A stretch of 64,000 nucleotides of DNA from Schizochytrium sp. TIO01 (GCA_004764695.1 SMSO01000031.1:1030436-1094435), one strand, 5' to 3'. Shown: positions 1 through 12,130, numbered from the stretch's first letter. Numbers and translations: made by a program. Notes: generated by a model not told the origin, from the sequence alone.

Positions 1-696
1 CGTACTCCACAAAGAGTGCATTTAAAGCAAGAGATAATCTCTAAGATGTAACACATGGGAATCCCCAATCCTTTTCTCCATTAGTTTAGTCGACCACGCC
101 TCAAATTCCCTCACTAACCCTAAAATCATCATAAAACTCAACGTCCTGGTAAAAATAGACCGCATCTTCATTTTATTCATTACAGCGTTGTTTTGATTCC
201 GCGGACCTCGGACCTTCATGGCATTCTAAATCAAGTCTACTCACTACCATAAACGTGCCATTTCATCAGCTACTACGATACCTTTTGCTGCATTTGCTTC
301 ATGTAAGCATCAGACATGGTATTAGGTATAATAGTCATGGTGTCGCTCTTATTCATACTGCTAAAAACCTTCTAATCTGAACCAAACAATAGTGAGAACT
401 ACTAGTGGTAGCATATATGGAGAGTGAAAGGTGTGTGCCAAAGTGGTCACCCTTTACTTTACTATAGGCCTATAATATTCGTGGCGATGCGGCCGTACAT
501 AAAAGAATCTAATGGCGGGTGGCGGCAAGCGACAGGTCGTGGGTCCAGAAGCGGAGTCGAGGGCGCTTGCAGAGCGTGGCGCTTAGACTCTGAGCTCAGT
601 GTACGTCAGAGAGGACTCGAGGGAGGTCCTTTCTTGTTCGTACAGGATTCTTCTTAGTTTTATTGGTTTACGAGCGAGTTCCGCAACGAGATCGGC

Positions 697-2214
697 ATGA
701 AGTTCAAGGCTCTAAGCCGCTCCGAGGTGGAGCACACCAGGGACCGTCGTGATGATGTCCTCAAAATGCAGCGCAACGCAGACCCTTCCTTGCATCCGTT
801 TGAGCGTGCACGAGAGTACACCCGTGCTTTGAATGCTGTCAAGCTGCAAAAGATGTTTGCAAAGCCTCTTGTGGGCCAGCTTGAGGGCCACATGGATGGC
901 ATCTGGTGCATGGCCACAAGCCCTCGCAGCATGCGGGCATTTGTGACAGGAGCTGCTGATGGCGAGGTTCGTGTTTGGGATTTGACATATCACAGATGCA
1001 TGTGGTCTACGCCGGCGCATGCAGGAATTGTTCGAGGCATTAGCGTCTCGCACGACGGAGACTACTTTTACTCCTGTGGAGATGACAAGACCATCAAGCG
1101 CTACAAACTCACTTCAGATGGCGCTGCAGCCAACGACATCGACGAGCTTGCGAACCTTGGAAACGAAAACGACGAAGACGATGATGAATACGACGACGAT
1201 GAGGGTTATGCTGATGAAGACGGCACGGCAATCGGCAAAGGCGGTAAAGGTAAACGCCAATCCAGGAGACCACGCCCTGGAGTGCTTCTCACTAGCGAGG
1301 AGCCACACTCAAACGTCGTTGAACCTGTGGCAACGTACACGAGTTCGCATCCTCTCCAGGGCGTTGACTGCCACTGGGGCGACAACAGGTTTGCTTCGTG
1401 TGGTGAGCAGGTGGATATCTGGGATAGTATTCGTCTTGAGCCTGTGCAGACCTTCTCTTGGGGTGCGGATTCCATTCGCTCTGTGAGGTTCAACCCTGCA
1501 GAGCGCAACCTTCTTGGATCCACCGGTTCCGACCGTAGCATTTGCCTTTACGATGTGCGTCAGAGCACTCCGTTGCGAAAGGTTGTCTTGGAAATGAAGT
1601 CCAATGCACTGGCCTGGAACCCGATGGAGCCCTTGAATTTCACATGCGCCAACGAAGACGGAAACCTCTACACATTTGACATGCGTAACCTGAAGAAGGC
1701 ACTCATCGTTCACCGTGATCACGTCGCTGCTGTGCAGGATGTGAAGTATTCACCAACCGGTCGTGAGTTTGTTACCGCTGGATACGATCGCACAGTCCGT
1801 CTCTTCAAAACTCAGAGCGGTAGATCGCACCAAATGTACCACGCCAAACGAATGCAGCGTGTATATGCGGCAGAGTTCTCACGAGATGGACGCTTTGTGC
1901 TCAGTGGCAGTGGAGACGCCAACATCCGCATTTGGAAGGCTGATGCCAGCAAACCGCTGGGCAAGGCACTTTCCCGCGAGCAGCAAGCTCGGGACTACAA
2001 CACCAAGCTCATCCAGCGCTACAAACATGTCAAGGAGCTCAACCGCATTCACAGACATCAGATCACGCCCAAGGTCATCAAGAAGATGTCCGAAAGGGAA
2101 CGCGTCATGCGCGACTCCCGCCGCCGCAAAACCGAGCGTATGCTCAAAAGCGATCCCAACGCGCCCAAGCCCAAACAAGAGCGCGAGCGCCACATTGTCA
2201 AGGAGCTCGAGTAA
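697..2214 (+). CDS. DCAF13: DDB1- and CUL4-associated factor 13 / Sof1 (WD40 U3 snoRNP, SSU processome protein)
   Basis: 505-aa ORF. The N-terminal signature DPSLHPFERAREYTRALNAVKLQKMFAKP, WD40 repeats, WNPMEP, YHAKRMQRV and a C-terminal Sof1 domain are all present. Confidence 0.96.
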   Translation: MKFKALSRSEVEHTRDRRDDVLKMQRNADPSLHPFERAREYTRALNAVKLQKMFAKPLVGQLEGHMDGIWCMATSPRSMRAFVTGAADGEVRVWDLTYHRCMWSTPAHAGIVRGISVSHDGDYFYSCGDDKTIKRYKLTSDGAAANDIDELANLGNENDEDDDEYDDDEGYADEDGTAIGKGGKGKRQSRRPRPGVLLTSEEPHSNVVEPVATYTSSHPLQGVDCHWGDNRFASCGEQVDIWDSIRLEPVQTFSWGADSIRSVRFNPAERNLLGSTGSDRSICLYDVRQSTPLRKVVLEMKSNALAWNPMEPLNFTCANEDGNLYTFDMRNLKKALIVHRDHVAAVQDVKYSPTGREFVTAGYDRTVRLFKTQSGRSHQMYHAKRMQRVYAAEFSRDGRFVLSGSGDANIRIWKADASKPLGKALSREQQARDYNTKLIQRYKHVKELNRIHRHQITPKVIKKMSERERVMRDSRRRKTERMLKSDPNAPKPKQERERHIVKELE

Positions 2215-2923
2215 AAAACTGCTTAAGCTGTGTAGCATCATTTTCAATAACCTTTCGAATTGTTTTCCCTTTTTACTGTTTGCGTGTTTTATCTCATAAT
2301 AACATGACTTAGCAAAGCAAGCAGTTAAGCAATGAGCGTGCCATCAGCATCAGAACTTTGTTGTTTCAGTTTTCTTGATTTCATTACCAAACTACGTGGA
2401 GCCATCTACACAAGAAGGAAATCGTCCCATCAATTTTCTCGTCTTAGAAAATCTCCCATCCCGCGTTTTTTGCTTTTTGATCACTTCTGAGTAAGATTCA
2501 CTATACTCACAAACTTTAATACACCCTATCTACATGAGGATCCTCTAACGAGCCCAAACATCGTTCGTTAATTCTCTGCATTTCTCTTCGCACCACTCGC
2601 TTCAACTACTTGGTACGCCTATGCTGCAGTGTGTAGATGTGGCATGATGGTAACGCTGCTAGAAGGTAGGTACCATAATAAATAAGAAGAATAATGGAAG
2701 TTCGGGTTAACACCCACCAAACTCGCTGATGAATATGAAAACACCACAAGAGAGAAGAAGTGCTCCATACCTGATACTTGAGGATCGATCACTCATTGGC
2801 AACGTGAGGGTCCTTGATCTCTTGGGAATCATTGACCTGGAGGTTGTTGTATATCATAGAGACGTGGCGAAAGGACGTGTGTAAGCTTCTGACCGAGGCT
2901 CTCGTTTGATTGTGACATTCGCC

Positions 2924-3610
2924 ATGAGCCTGAACACCTCGAGTGCGTCAGGATGGACGAGCGAGGATCTCAAAGCACAGGCGAGCGAGATTCTTGGGGT
3001 TTTGGTGATTTTAGGTTCTTTCATGGTGAAAATTCCTGTTATCATCAACGTTGTAAAATATAAATCATCCAAGGGACTGTCCACAAGCTCGCTGTATGCG
3101 CAGTGCCTCAGCCTCTCGGCGTTTACGTCGTATCATCTTCTTCGAGGTTCACCGCTAAGGACTTGGGCAGAGAACCTTTCAGTATTGATTCAGAATGTCA
3201 TCCTAGTTCTCTTGGCATGGCACTATTCTCGTGCGCGTCCGGGCGCAATGCTCTTTGTTACGAGTGTTCTGGCAGGGTCTGTAGCTGTGATGTGGAGTTT
3301 GCCGGACGACCTTCTTTGGACGCTACCTATGGCGTCAATGTCGATAGGTATTAGTGGCTTGATTCCACAAATTTGGGAGAATTACAAAAATGGCCATACT
3401 GGTACTCAATCGATAATCACGCAGACTCTCAATGTTCTTGGAGTCGTAGCACGAATCTTCACAACCTTGCAACTCGTGAAGGATTCTGTAGTGGTACTGA
3501 GCTTATCAGTGTCTAGCCTTTTCCATTTCACATTGCTTGCTCAGATTGTCTGGCTTCGCAAGGCGACTCATGAAGCGATGGATGCTCATGTTAAGGCGAA
3601 AACAAAATGA
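2924..3610 (+). CDS. MPDU1: Mannose-P-dolichol utilization defect 1-like PQ-loop membrane protein
   Basis: First ATG is at 2924 (the ORF track starts at an upstream TTG). Motifs: LGxLVILGSFMVKIP..KSSKGLS, WAEN..LIQN and IPQIWENYKNGHTG; multiple TM helices. Confidence 0.88.
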   Translation: MSLNTSSASGWTSEDLKAQASEILGVLVILGSFMVKIPVIINVVKYKSSKGLSTSSLYAQCLSLSAFTSYHLLRGSPLRTWAENLSVLIQNVILVLLAWHYSRARPGAMLFVTSVLAGSVAVMWSLPDDLLWTLPMASMSIGISGLIPQIWENYKNGHTGTQSIITQTLNVLGVVARIFTTLQLVKDSVVVLSLSVSSLFHFTLLAQIVWLRKATHEAMDAHVKAKTK

Positions 3611-4214
3611 GAAGAATCATATAGCTTTACGTGCAATGGAGGGAGGTCATTGTCTTTTCATCTTTCAAAGGACTGCAAGGCCTGCCAGTTCTTCAACATC
3701 TGCTGGAGTAAACTTTGGACAGCAACATAGACAGTGAACAGCTTTAATTTGTGTTAGGGTTCTTTGAGAATTTATGAAACCTAATTATATTTACATTCTT
3801 AAAAAGACTAAAGTCCTATTGTTTTTCTATTATTACTTGGTGCAGCCTAACCTATACTCCCGAAACAAGCATGGCAAGACAGGAATCAAGATCAGCACAT
3901 GTGCTGCTGTTTTAGAGAGCACATCAAATGAACAAAAAGAGGAATCACACAGAAAATAAAAGGTTCTGTACATTGTTAATATATTGGTCAAACAAACAAA
4001 CACAAAGGTTGAGAGAATGTATGCGCGACATTTTTGAGGAAAGTCACGCAGTGCAGAGATATAAAACTAAACAGCTAACTAGTGGATTCCAAAAAATAAG
4101 AAAGGAAAGAAAGAATGAAGAAAAAGATGGAGGGGAATTTCCATCTTGCAAATAGGAGGTAGCGCGAGTCAAATCTAAATCTTGACAATGGTTGGCGAGG
4201 ACATAGACCCGTCT

Positions 4215-7200
4215 TTAATAACCATTACCAGAATTTATAGTTTCGCGGAAATCAGCTAACTCGAGACTTAGATCAGGATGCGATTGCATTTCCAGCTCTT
4301 GTTTAATCTCAAGTTGGCGGTCATAGGGAACGACGTGGAGGACAGCTTGAACAACAGATCCGGAAACAAACTCCCACATTCGTTTCCTTGACTTCCGTGA
4401 TTTCGCTTCCTCCTTGTGTTGCAAGAAGCCCTTAACTGCGAGTCTCTGCATTGTAGCTTCAATTTGGCTTTTGCTGAGTTCGCGACGTGGGTCAATTCGA
4501 GCCTCAAGCTGGAAGACGCGACGAACAAGTTTCGAATCAAACTCTCCGCCAACGCTAATGCAGGCAGCGACTTTGAGTAAAGCCTGCTCTTCTTCGTCGA
4601 GCTTATCAAAGCGATCCAGATAGATTTCAAGCACAGATTTGGGAGAGTCTTGCTCTGCGAGCATGCGTCTACTGTCTGAGGCAAAAACGACATCTCCACT
4701 TTTAGTGACTTTAACGTAGCGCTTGTCGATTAGCATACGAGTTTTGTCGTAGATAGCACCAGGGTTTCCTTCGGTCTTGCGATATACGAGGTCAAGGACG
4801 GGCTCGGTTATGGTCAATTGTTTGGGAGGCATTGCGCCTGGTCCGAGCGCTACACTGCGGCGGCCGCCAGAGTGTAGCGCGTATGAGCCACGTTGCTCAA
4901 GTGTAGTAATGATAAGTTGCTTAGTGGAGACACGGGAAAATGGCTCGAGGACAATACGAGTCTGGCGGCCAACAGCCTTTCGCATTTGGTTAATGCACTC
5001 GTTCCACTCCATTGCAGCGGTGTCAGAATCATGGTCAGTGCGAAAGGTCATGGCAAGGACGATTCCAGCAAGTTCGTCTTTGCGATGACACATCTGCAAG
5101 AGAAGGTGCTGAGATGATGGGTCGAGCCATACTGCGTCGTCTAGGACAATGAGAAGAGTCTTCTCATCGCCTCGCGCAGCATGGAATACGTCGAGCAAAA
5201 GCTCAAAGACGGACTCTTCCTGCTCTGCAGCGTTGAGGTTATATGAGCTTCCATTGTTGTAGTTATTATGGCTACGCAAGCTGAGGAAACTCTGAACACT
5301 TGAGGTGCGGCGAAGACTTACCCAGAAGCCACCGGCTTCAGAATTATCATCGTTATCCTGCGGAGCATCCCCGGCCTCAGAATCGCCACAATTTTCAAGG
5401 TTTTCAGCGATGTAAGGCAGCAAGACAGCAAGGCGATCCCCAGTAATGCCATACTCAGCCTCAATCTGCTCAAGACGTGGGACTATATCCCTTTTAAAGT
5501 GCATGTTGCGACTGAGTCCAAGGAAGCGTTCAACGAGTTGGCGAAAAGGCATGTAGGCATCGTCCATTGTGCCTGGCAGGGCATGTGTATAGAGTACCTT
5601 AAAGGGCAGCGCACGTCTGATCCAGTTAGCCATAGAGGTCTTGCCCATTCCTGGCGCGCCTTCAATGGTCACAATGGCCATTGAAGCTGGTTTGGAGTCC
5701 ACTGCAGCGATGAAGTTAGAAATGAGATCCTCTTCGACTGAGCGACATACTTGGATTGCGTTGGATTGAATTCCTAGGCGTGTTTCGCGGCGTGTTTGAA
5801 TCATGCGTCCACGCAGGTAGTATCCCATGTACTTTTCAGTATATGTCGCTTTCTCTTTTTCAACAGTGAATTGGTCAAATTTGTAATACCGGGCGGTCTG
5901 GTCCCGAATAGATTGATCTACAACAATACCATGACCATGCTTTAAGGCGCCGCCCATAAGTCGCGAAGCGAGATTTACAGTGTAGCCCATGACAATAAAG
6001 TCGTATCGACGGCTAGTACCACAAAGACCAGCATAGCACATGCCTGACGCAGCACCGATAGAGCATTCTGGCATGACGCGGGTGATATTTTTCGCAGCGC
6101 GCATAAGCCAAAGCTCGCTATTTTCAAGGCGGCGATAAGCGCCAAAGACAGCAATAAAGATGCAACCCTTGTCATCAAATAAAAGATCACGAACCTCGCC
6201 GTTGGAGCGGTGGATCAGTTTAGCAACTTGGAGGAAGGTATCGTTAAAGTCCTCAAGTCCAGAGAGGTGACCATGAGCATCCTTATCAGGGCCAATCTTG
6301 ACATTTGGGATAGAGACAAACATGATGGCACACCAACGAAGTTCACCGCCCTGAAATGCATACCGATTAATGCGACCTCGCAATGCAAGTGGAATAAATG
6401 ATCGAACAGTTTGAGGATCGAGACCGGGTCCCCTTCGGACTGCAGCATTGGCAGCCTCTGAAGCAGCCGCAGCACGGTGCTGGGCAAAGGTAGAACTCAC
6501 CTCCTTTGGGAGATGCGGAAGAGTCTTGCTGCGTCCTCGTGCGGGAGGAGACAGTGTTGAAATTCCTCCAAAAACCACGGGCATGAAAGACTGGCGATGA
6601 AGATAAACATGGTCGTCAGGTCCACGGGCAAAATGGGCAGAGTCATGAACCGGGTCAGAGCGGTCTGTAATGCTCCATGTGCGTTTGTGATCTGAGTATG
6701 CCGAATCTTCCGCTACGATAATTTCACCTCGCGGGGCAAACTCAAGAAGTGCAGTGGCGTCATCCACGGCCTGGCCAGAAACAAGGTGCCAGCGGAGACC
6801 GCCGGTATCGTCACAGAGAAAGATGTCTTGTACTGCACCAACACCAATACCTCCATGGATGTTGACAGAGCCTGCTGTGTTCTGGTTCTGAGAGTGCAGA
6901 AGCATCTCCAGAGCAGCCCTGTTGGCTAGTCGCCGCAGCTGTTCAATGTTTGTATTGATGTCGTCGTCCTCCTGGTCGTAGAGATCAAACTCACGTCCCT
7001 CAGATTCCGCAAGTCGCCGAGCTTCTGAGCGTGCATCCTGAGCAGCCTGAAGATCGTCCTTGGTAGGCAAGAGCCATGTGCAGAGCAGTGCGTCTCCAGC
7101 ATATTTGACAACATCTCCTCCATATCGCACGCAGATGTCCGTCCAAGCATTGATGATGAGCACCGCTCTCCTCGAGAAGTCCTCGACCGCTGATACTGGA

Positions 7201-7565
7201 CTGAGTTTGTCCCTAAGAATGATCCCCATCCGTGCAAACCCTGAAATGTCCACGTAAAGCACAACGCCCTGGCGTTCATTCACGCGAGGTTCACGGTCTT
7301 CTGCGCACCTCTGCACATACTGCCTCGTGGATTTGTCAAGAAATGCTACCTCTCCCTGCGTCAAAGGTTTGGTGCCATCGTCCAAATACTTTTCCCTGTG
7401 GGCCACCGAGTCCTCGGAGGAGTCTTCCTCACCTTGACTGCCCAAATTCGCCTCCACCAGCAGCTGCTCAGCTTCGTCCGAGCTGAAGGTCTTGCCAGAA
7501 ATCCGAGACGTAGCGCTGATGCTCTTTCGCAGCTTGGCGCCCGTCCTCTTCAGGTGCGCCAGCAT
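4215..7565 (-). CDS. ADCY10: Soluble adenylate cyclase (ADCY10-like): two class III cyclase domains plus a STAND/AAA NTPase
   Basis: C1 motifs VDISGF, VKYAGDAL and GQAVDD. C2 motifs FDDKGCIFIAVFG and GYTVNLASRLM. Walker A GAPGMGKT, Walker B LIVLDDAVWLD, then GNP and a winged-helix-like region. Confidence 0.88.
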   Translation of the reverse strand: MLAHLKRTGAKLRKSISATSRISGKTFSSDEAEQLLVEANLGSQGEEDSSEDSVAHREKYLDDGTKPLTQGEVAFLDKSTRQYVQRCAEDREPRVNERQGVVLYVDISGFARMGIILRDKLSPVSAVEDFSRRAVLIINAWTDICVRYGGDVVKYAGDALLCTWLLPTKDDLQAAQDARSEARRLAESEGREFDLYDQEDDDINTNIEQLRRLANRAALEMLLHSQNQNTAGSVNIHGGIGVGAVQDIFLCDDTGGLRWHLVSGQAVDDATALLEFAPRGEIIVAEDSAYSDHKRTWSITDRSDPVHDSAHFARGPDDHVYLHRQSFMPVVFGGISTLSPPARGRSKTLPHLPKEVSSTFAQHRAAAASEAANAAVRRGPGLDPQTVRSFIPLALRGRINRYAFQGGELRWCAIMFVSIPNVKIGPDKDAHGHLSGLEDFNDTFLQVAKLIHRSNGEVRDLLFDDKGCIFIAVFGAYRRLENSELWLMRAAKNITRVMPECSIGAASGMCYAGLCGTSRRYDFIVMGYTVNLASRLMGGALKHGHGIVVDQSIRDQTARYYKFDQFTVEKEKATYTEKYMGYYLRGRMIQTRRETRLGIQSNAIQVCRSVEEDLISNFIAAVDSKPASMAIVTIEGAPGMGKTSMANWIRRALPFKVLYTHALPGTMDDAYMPFRQLVERFLGLSRNMHFKRDIVPRLEQIEAEYGITGDRLAVLLPYIAENLENCGDSEAGDAPQDNDDNSEAGGFWVSLRRTSSVQSFLSLRSHNNYNNGSSYNLNAAEQEESVFELLLDVFHAARGDEKTLLIVLDDAVWLDPSSQHLLLQMCHRKDELAGIVLAMTFRTDHDSDTAAMEWNECINQMRKAVGRQTRIVLEPFSRVSTKQLIITTLEQRGSYALHSGGRRSVALGPGAMPPKQLTITEPVLDLVYRKTEGNPGAIYDKTRMLIDKRYVKVTKSGDVVFASDSRRMLAEQDSPKSVLEIYLDRFDKLDEEEQALLKVAACISVGGEFDSKLVRRVFQLEARIDPRRELSKSQIEATMQRLAVKGFLQHKEEAKSRKSRKRMWEFVSGSVVQAVLHVVPYDRQLEIKQELEMQSHPDLSLELADFRETINSGNGY

Positions 7566-7644
7566 TTCGGCTTTGCCTCTCCTCCCTCAGGCAAAGGCAA
7601 GCCGCATTCCCGTCTGCGCTTTTCTGTTTTGTTTCCTTCTTTGC

Positions 7645-8115
7645 CTGTTTCTTTGGTTGTTTGTTTGTTTGTTTGTTTGTTTGTTAGTTTGGTTGTTTGC
7701 TCTCTTTGTTCCCACTTTTGGTATTTGTCGCTCGATCATTCATTCCTGAATGGAATGAATTCCTGTATTTCTTCTTCTGCAAGTTGTCTTCATTTCTTTA
7801 TCCTTTTTCACTTTCGTTCGCCAGAACTTCCAGGCACGTTTTTTTTTAAATTCAGGCACCTTAGCCGTCTTCAGTCACGCTAGCTCGTACTATTAATAAA
7901 AAGAGAAGTAAAAGCATTAGAAAGATGTTGAAAGGAAAGAGGGAAAAGAAAAAGAAAAAGAAAAAAAACAGAAAGAAGAATTGTTAGAGTGCGAAAAGAA
8001 TGGTGACAAGCGACGGAAAATTAGGAACCCTGTGGAAAGAAACCAACAGCCTCAGTCAGAATACGCCGGAATGGATGAAGGTTTTCTTTAGAAGAGAGGC
8101 TGAAGGGCTACTTAC
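7645..8115 (-). other. Probable 5'-UTR intron of the adenylate cyclase gene
   Basis: On the minus strand: AAGG|GTAAGT donor at 8115, ACTAAC branch-like site at 7688-7683, an (AAAC)n tract, then AG at 7651 or 7645, about 80 nt before the ATG. The exact acceptor is uncertain. Confidence 0.45.
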
Positions 8116-11099
8116 CCTTAGTTCAGTCTCGTGGGTCCTTCAATGCAGCCTGGCTAGCGGACTTTAGTTTGGTTGATGATGCCTTGTTTTGCCCTTTCAA
8201 TCTCTGTGCCAAGGTTCTTCATTATTTGTTATTATTATTATATTATTATTATTACAATGATTAATAATTATTTTATTTTCATCATTCCTTTCAATCATTT
8301 CTTTAAATGTCCATTGGCTTATTACTTACCACCGTTGAATTTTCACGCTGCTGCGACAAATAATCGCTCTCGCAATCAGTTCTTTGGCCATGATTGCGAA
8401 GTAGTGGAAGCCCCCCGAAGAGGTGAAGTCTATAGCTAGCTATAGCTAGCTACCCACGCGGTAACTTGAAATCCTAAAAGTTGACGAAGCGATTGCCGGA
8501 GAACGACTTCTTCGAAGGGGCGAGGCACCTCCTTCTTATAGTAAATGCTTCGCTGGCTAGGCAGGGAAACAGCACGTGACTCTTTGACAACATGAAAAAA
8601 GAATTCATCGTCACTTCTGTTGGGCACAGAGATCAGAGTCATATCGCGTTGATCGAAAGGTTCGCCAACCGAAAGGAATGGGCAAAGGCAGCTGAAAGGA
8701 AAGGGTTTTCGACTAATTGAAGCATCTGCAAGCAAAGAACCTCGAGCCTCGAATCGCAAAACCTGAAAAGCTTGGACGTCATTCTTTCGTGGAAAGGGCT
8801 CACAAACGCAACCTCAATAAACTCAGCCCATGATGAACGAGAGATCTAACAGACCGCAGCTCAAGTTTGATGTGTGTTTGTATGTTTACATGTTTGTTTG
8901 TTTGTTTGTTTAGCGATCGATTGAGGAGAGGGAGTTACCTGAAACGGGGTCGGAGATCAGAACTTGGCGATGGTAGCACTGCTACGGTAGAATAAAGGAA
9001 CAACAAGTTGAACGAGGACCATTGGGAAAGGGTCAACCAATCATGCGATGGGATGCGATGCGATGCGAAAGAAATGAAGAGTGGCGAGCAGCCTCAGGAG
9101 GAAGAAAGTTCGGAGCAGGAACTTGAGCTCGAGCAGAGCAAGCAAGGTGGAGGAAAGAATTCATTGACTCTCTGCTAGGAACTGGTAACATAACAGTCAT
9201 TATAGCCGCCTGCTCAATCAATTGTTAGTTTCATCTACTTATTCTTAAAGTTTTAGAATTTATTTATTATAGTAAAAGCAGTGAATTTAGAGAACCAAAA
9301 TATGAATATAGTGAAACAAAAAAAAACAATATTGGGAAAGTATGAGAGGAATAGGCAAAAAAGTAAAGTAAACTGATATAAAATAATAGAGAATAAAATA
9401 AAAACACAGACACACGGATACGCATTGTAAACGGCTGTGTTATGCTATCAGTTGATGGTCTGATGATCACTGTGTCATCATCGCCAGCCAGATACACCAA
9501 CTCACTCAGTTGGAGACAGCCGCGGCTGAGCCAAAGACCCGGCCTGAGACCGAACAGTTTTCTGAGCCGGCGGTTTCCTCGCTGGTTACTGGGGTTGGTT
9601 TGTGCGTCGAAGCGCGCCTGGCCCGGTCCAGCGTGGCTAAGTTCGTCGGCCGGGCTGACGATTATGAGGTCAGTTATTCTTGTTCAGAAAGCACACATCC
9701 GTTGTTGATTAAATTAAAAATAATCCTAACGATAGAGAATCATGTTATCTTTCTAATTAAAGACTTCAAAGAAAAGGAAAGGAAAAGACGACAGGAGAGA
9801 TAAAAGGATGCACTTCTTTACTGCAAGATTAAGGTTCGAATGAAGAAGGCAAACGAGAGAAAGGGGGAAACCCTTCGAGATCAGAACCAACCCCTGCTCA
9901 GCTGTGTGCTGTTTCTCAATGTGAGATTCATCTGGATATCGAGACGCTAGAGATTACATGCGTGGGCCGATCGCCTACCGGCCAGAGGTTGGTGGAGCGA
10001 ACGTCTGATGCTAATCTTAATGGTGTCTTGACTTTTCTGGACTCAATAATTTTATTATCCATTTTATACATTAAAACATATGCATTGCATGATCATTCAA
10101 AGAGTCAAACCCTTCTTCAGCAGCTCTGAAACAATAATGAAAGAGAAAAAGGTAGGCAGTTGCAAAGTAAAGTAAAGTAAAGTAAACTTTCTTCCTTTAA
10201 AAATAAATAAATAAATAAAATAAAATAAAGGAGGTTGGCCGACGGAGTGAGAAATACTTCCCTCGCCAGGAAAACTCACTCCTCCAATAATAGCGAATAG
10301 TATCAGGAAACCTTGCTTCACTGCGCATTTCTATGCCTTGCTCTACCCAGCTACCTGCATGGTTTCGCATTCGCAATACGAGCAGCGAAATATTGCTTTA
10401 TTTCCGGTCATCACACTGTTCTTGAAAGAATTAAACATCCGAAATTGCTAATCCTTGCACTATGATAACATTCAATCAAGCACCAACGAAGGTTGACGAA
10501 TGCGACACGTGCAGGAACTTCCTGTACTATTTGCTTTTAAAATTAAAATTAAATAAGAAGAATAGTGATAGCCTAATGTTTCTTAACCTCTCTCTGTTGC
10601 GCCCTCTACTTCATATCGATTTGTTTCGAGGATGGTAAAGTGAGAGTTGGAGTTGGCTTCATTTGGGGATCAACGGCGGAGACACTATACAGCACGGAGA
10701 CCGCCTGCGAAGCGAGAGATTCCGAACCAAAAGGTCTGAGACAGCAAACCAAAGCACGCATGAACTCTTAGATCTGCCGCTCGTTCGTGCAAGTCCAGAG
10801 AAGATTCGAGGCACCATAGAGCCACATGCAAAGCTGCAATAGTATGTGAAATCGTAGCGATGATAACGATATGGCATCATCGCATCTTCGTTTGTTTGAG
10901 GACCATTTATCGATACGTCGTAGCTATCGCATTCTGCGGAAAGCTTTCACGCAACAGCGATTAGATGGTAGGATAACCCTTTCAGCCCAAAAGAAGGAGG
11001 CTTAGTTTGAAGAATGCCCTGAACGTGATTTTCTGCTCGGAGTTCTTTTGGTATCTTATCACCTATGACTCAATGCAGCACGTGAAAACTTCAAACTTA

Positions 11100-12130
11100 T
11101 AGTATAATGGTGAACCAGGACTTCGAATCTCGCGAAAGAAACGAGCAAGTCAAGACTCGAGACCCGGCCAACAGAAACGCAGCACTGTATGATAGCTGTG
11201 TTGGGGCCGCGCAAGCAGAATCAACGCGCTTATTCGCACTACCGTAACATGGAGTCTTCAATCTCAGGACGTGTTGGAGCGACAAGGAGGAAAGTCTTAT
11301 GAAACTCAAGGTTCAATGTTTTTTGCTTTCTTGTTTTTAAATGTTTTGTTAATATTGTTTTTCAACTTGAAAGTTTCATTTTATGCCACGACAAAATCAT
11401 GGTCATCTTTTCATCTTTTCATGTAAAAGTGCTATGGACGCCGCTCAATCGTCCAGCACCAAGGAGTCGGCGGTCCGGCCGTCATTCATGCATGTATAGC
11501 GACCAGGAAGCCGGCCGCTGGCCCCGAGACCGCTGCATTCCGCAACTTGTTCCTGGAGAAGAGTTTCGCAGAGATGCTCTCTCTCTCTATGCGTCGTCGT
11601 TTGGAAATGCAGGAGGTTCTCAGCACATCCTCTTCTCAACCAAGAAAATAAAACAGTAACAGACAGCCTTCCAATGAAAGGTATTTTTGAAGAATTTATT
11701 ACTACTACATTTTAAATTTTAAAATAAAATTAAGAAACAATAGTTACACAACAAAAAAGGGGCAGAAAAAGAAGCTTTCTCACTTTTCACTTTGGCGAGA
11801 ACTCGTCATAACTTGTAGATAATCACTTACTCAAGCCTTTTGAAGGCTCAAACGCGGTCTAGCCGATCTCTGCGTAGTTTCACGGTTAAAGGATATGATC
11901 CTTGCCGTCTGCTTCGTCGATTGCAAAATCGTCGTGAACATACATGGACACCAAAGCTGGCCCAAGTGGCCATTTCCAGTCGAAAAGAAGGAATTGCAAG
12001 GCATTCACGGAGTTCAGCATTGCTGCTTCGCAGAGAAGACGCTGAAGTGTGCTTCAGGAAGCATACTACACCCCCCTTCCCTCAATAAGCTCTAATCGCG
12101 AAAGCGCTTTTGGTGTACTCCACACTTCGA
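11100..12130 (-). mobile_element. Degenerate Ty1/copia (GalEa-like) pol relic A: RT core through start of RNase H
   Basis: One minus frame from 12125 to 11920 reads VWSTPKALSRLELIEGRGV*YAS*...LVSMYVHDDFAI (cf. VWxLxKALYGL..R.WY...YVDD). Collinear downstream fragments are ISKRRRIERES..LR (~11600) and TQLSYSAAFL...CSFLSRDSKS (11200-11120; cf. SQLGY..FL..C..LSWxSKK). Confidence 0.45.
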
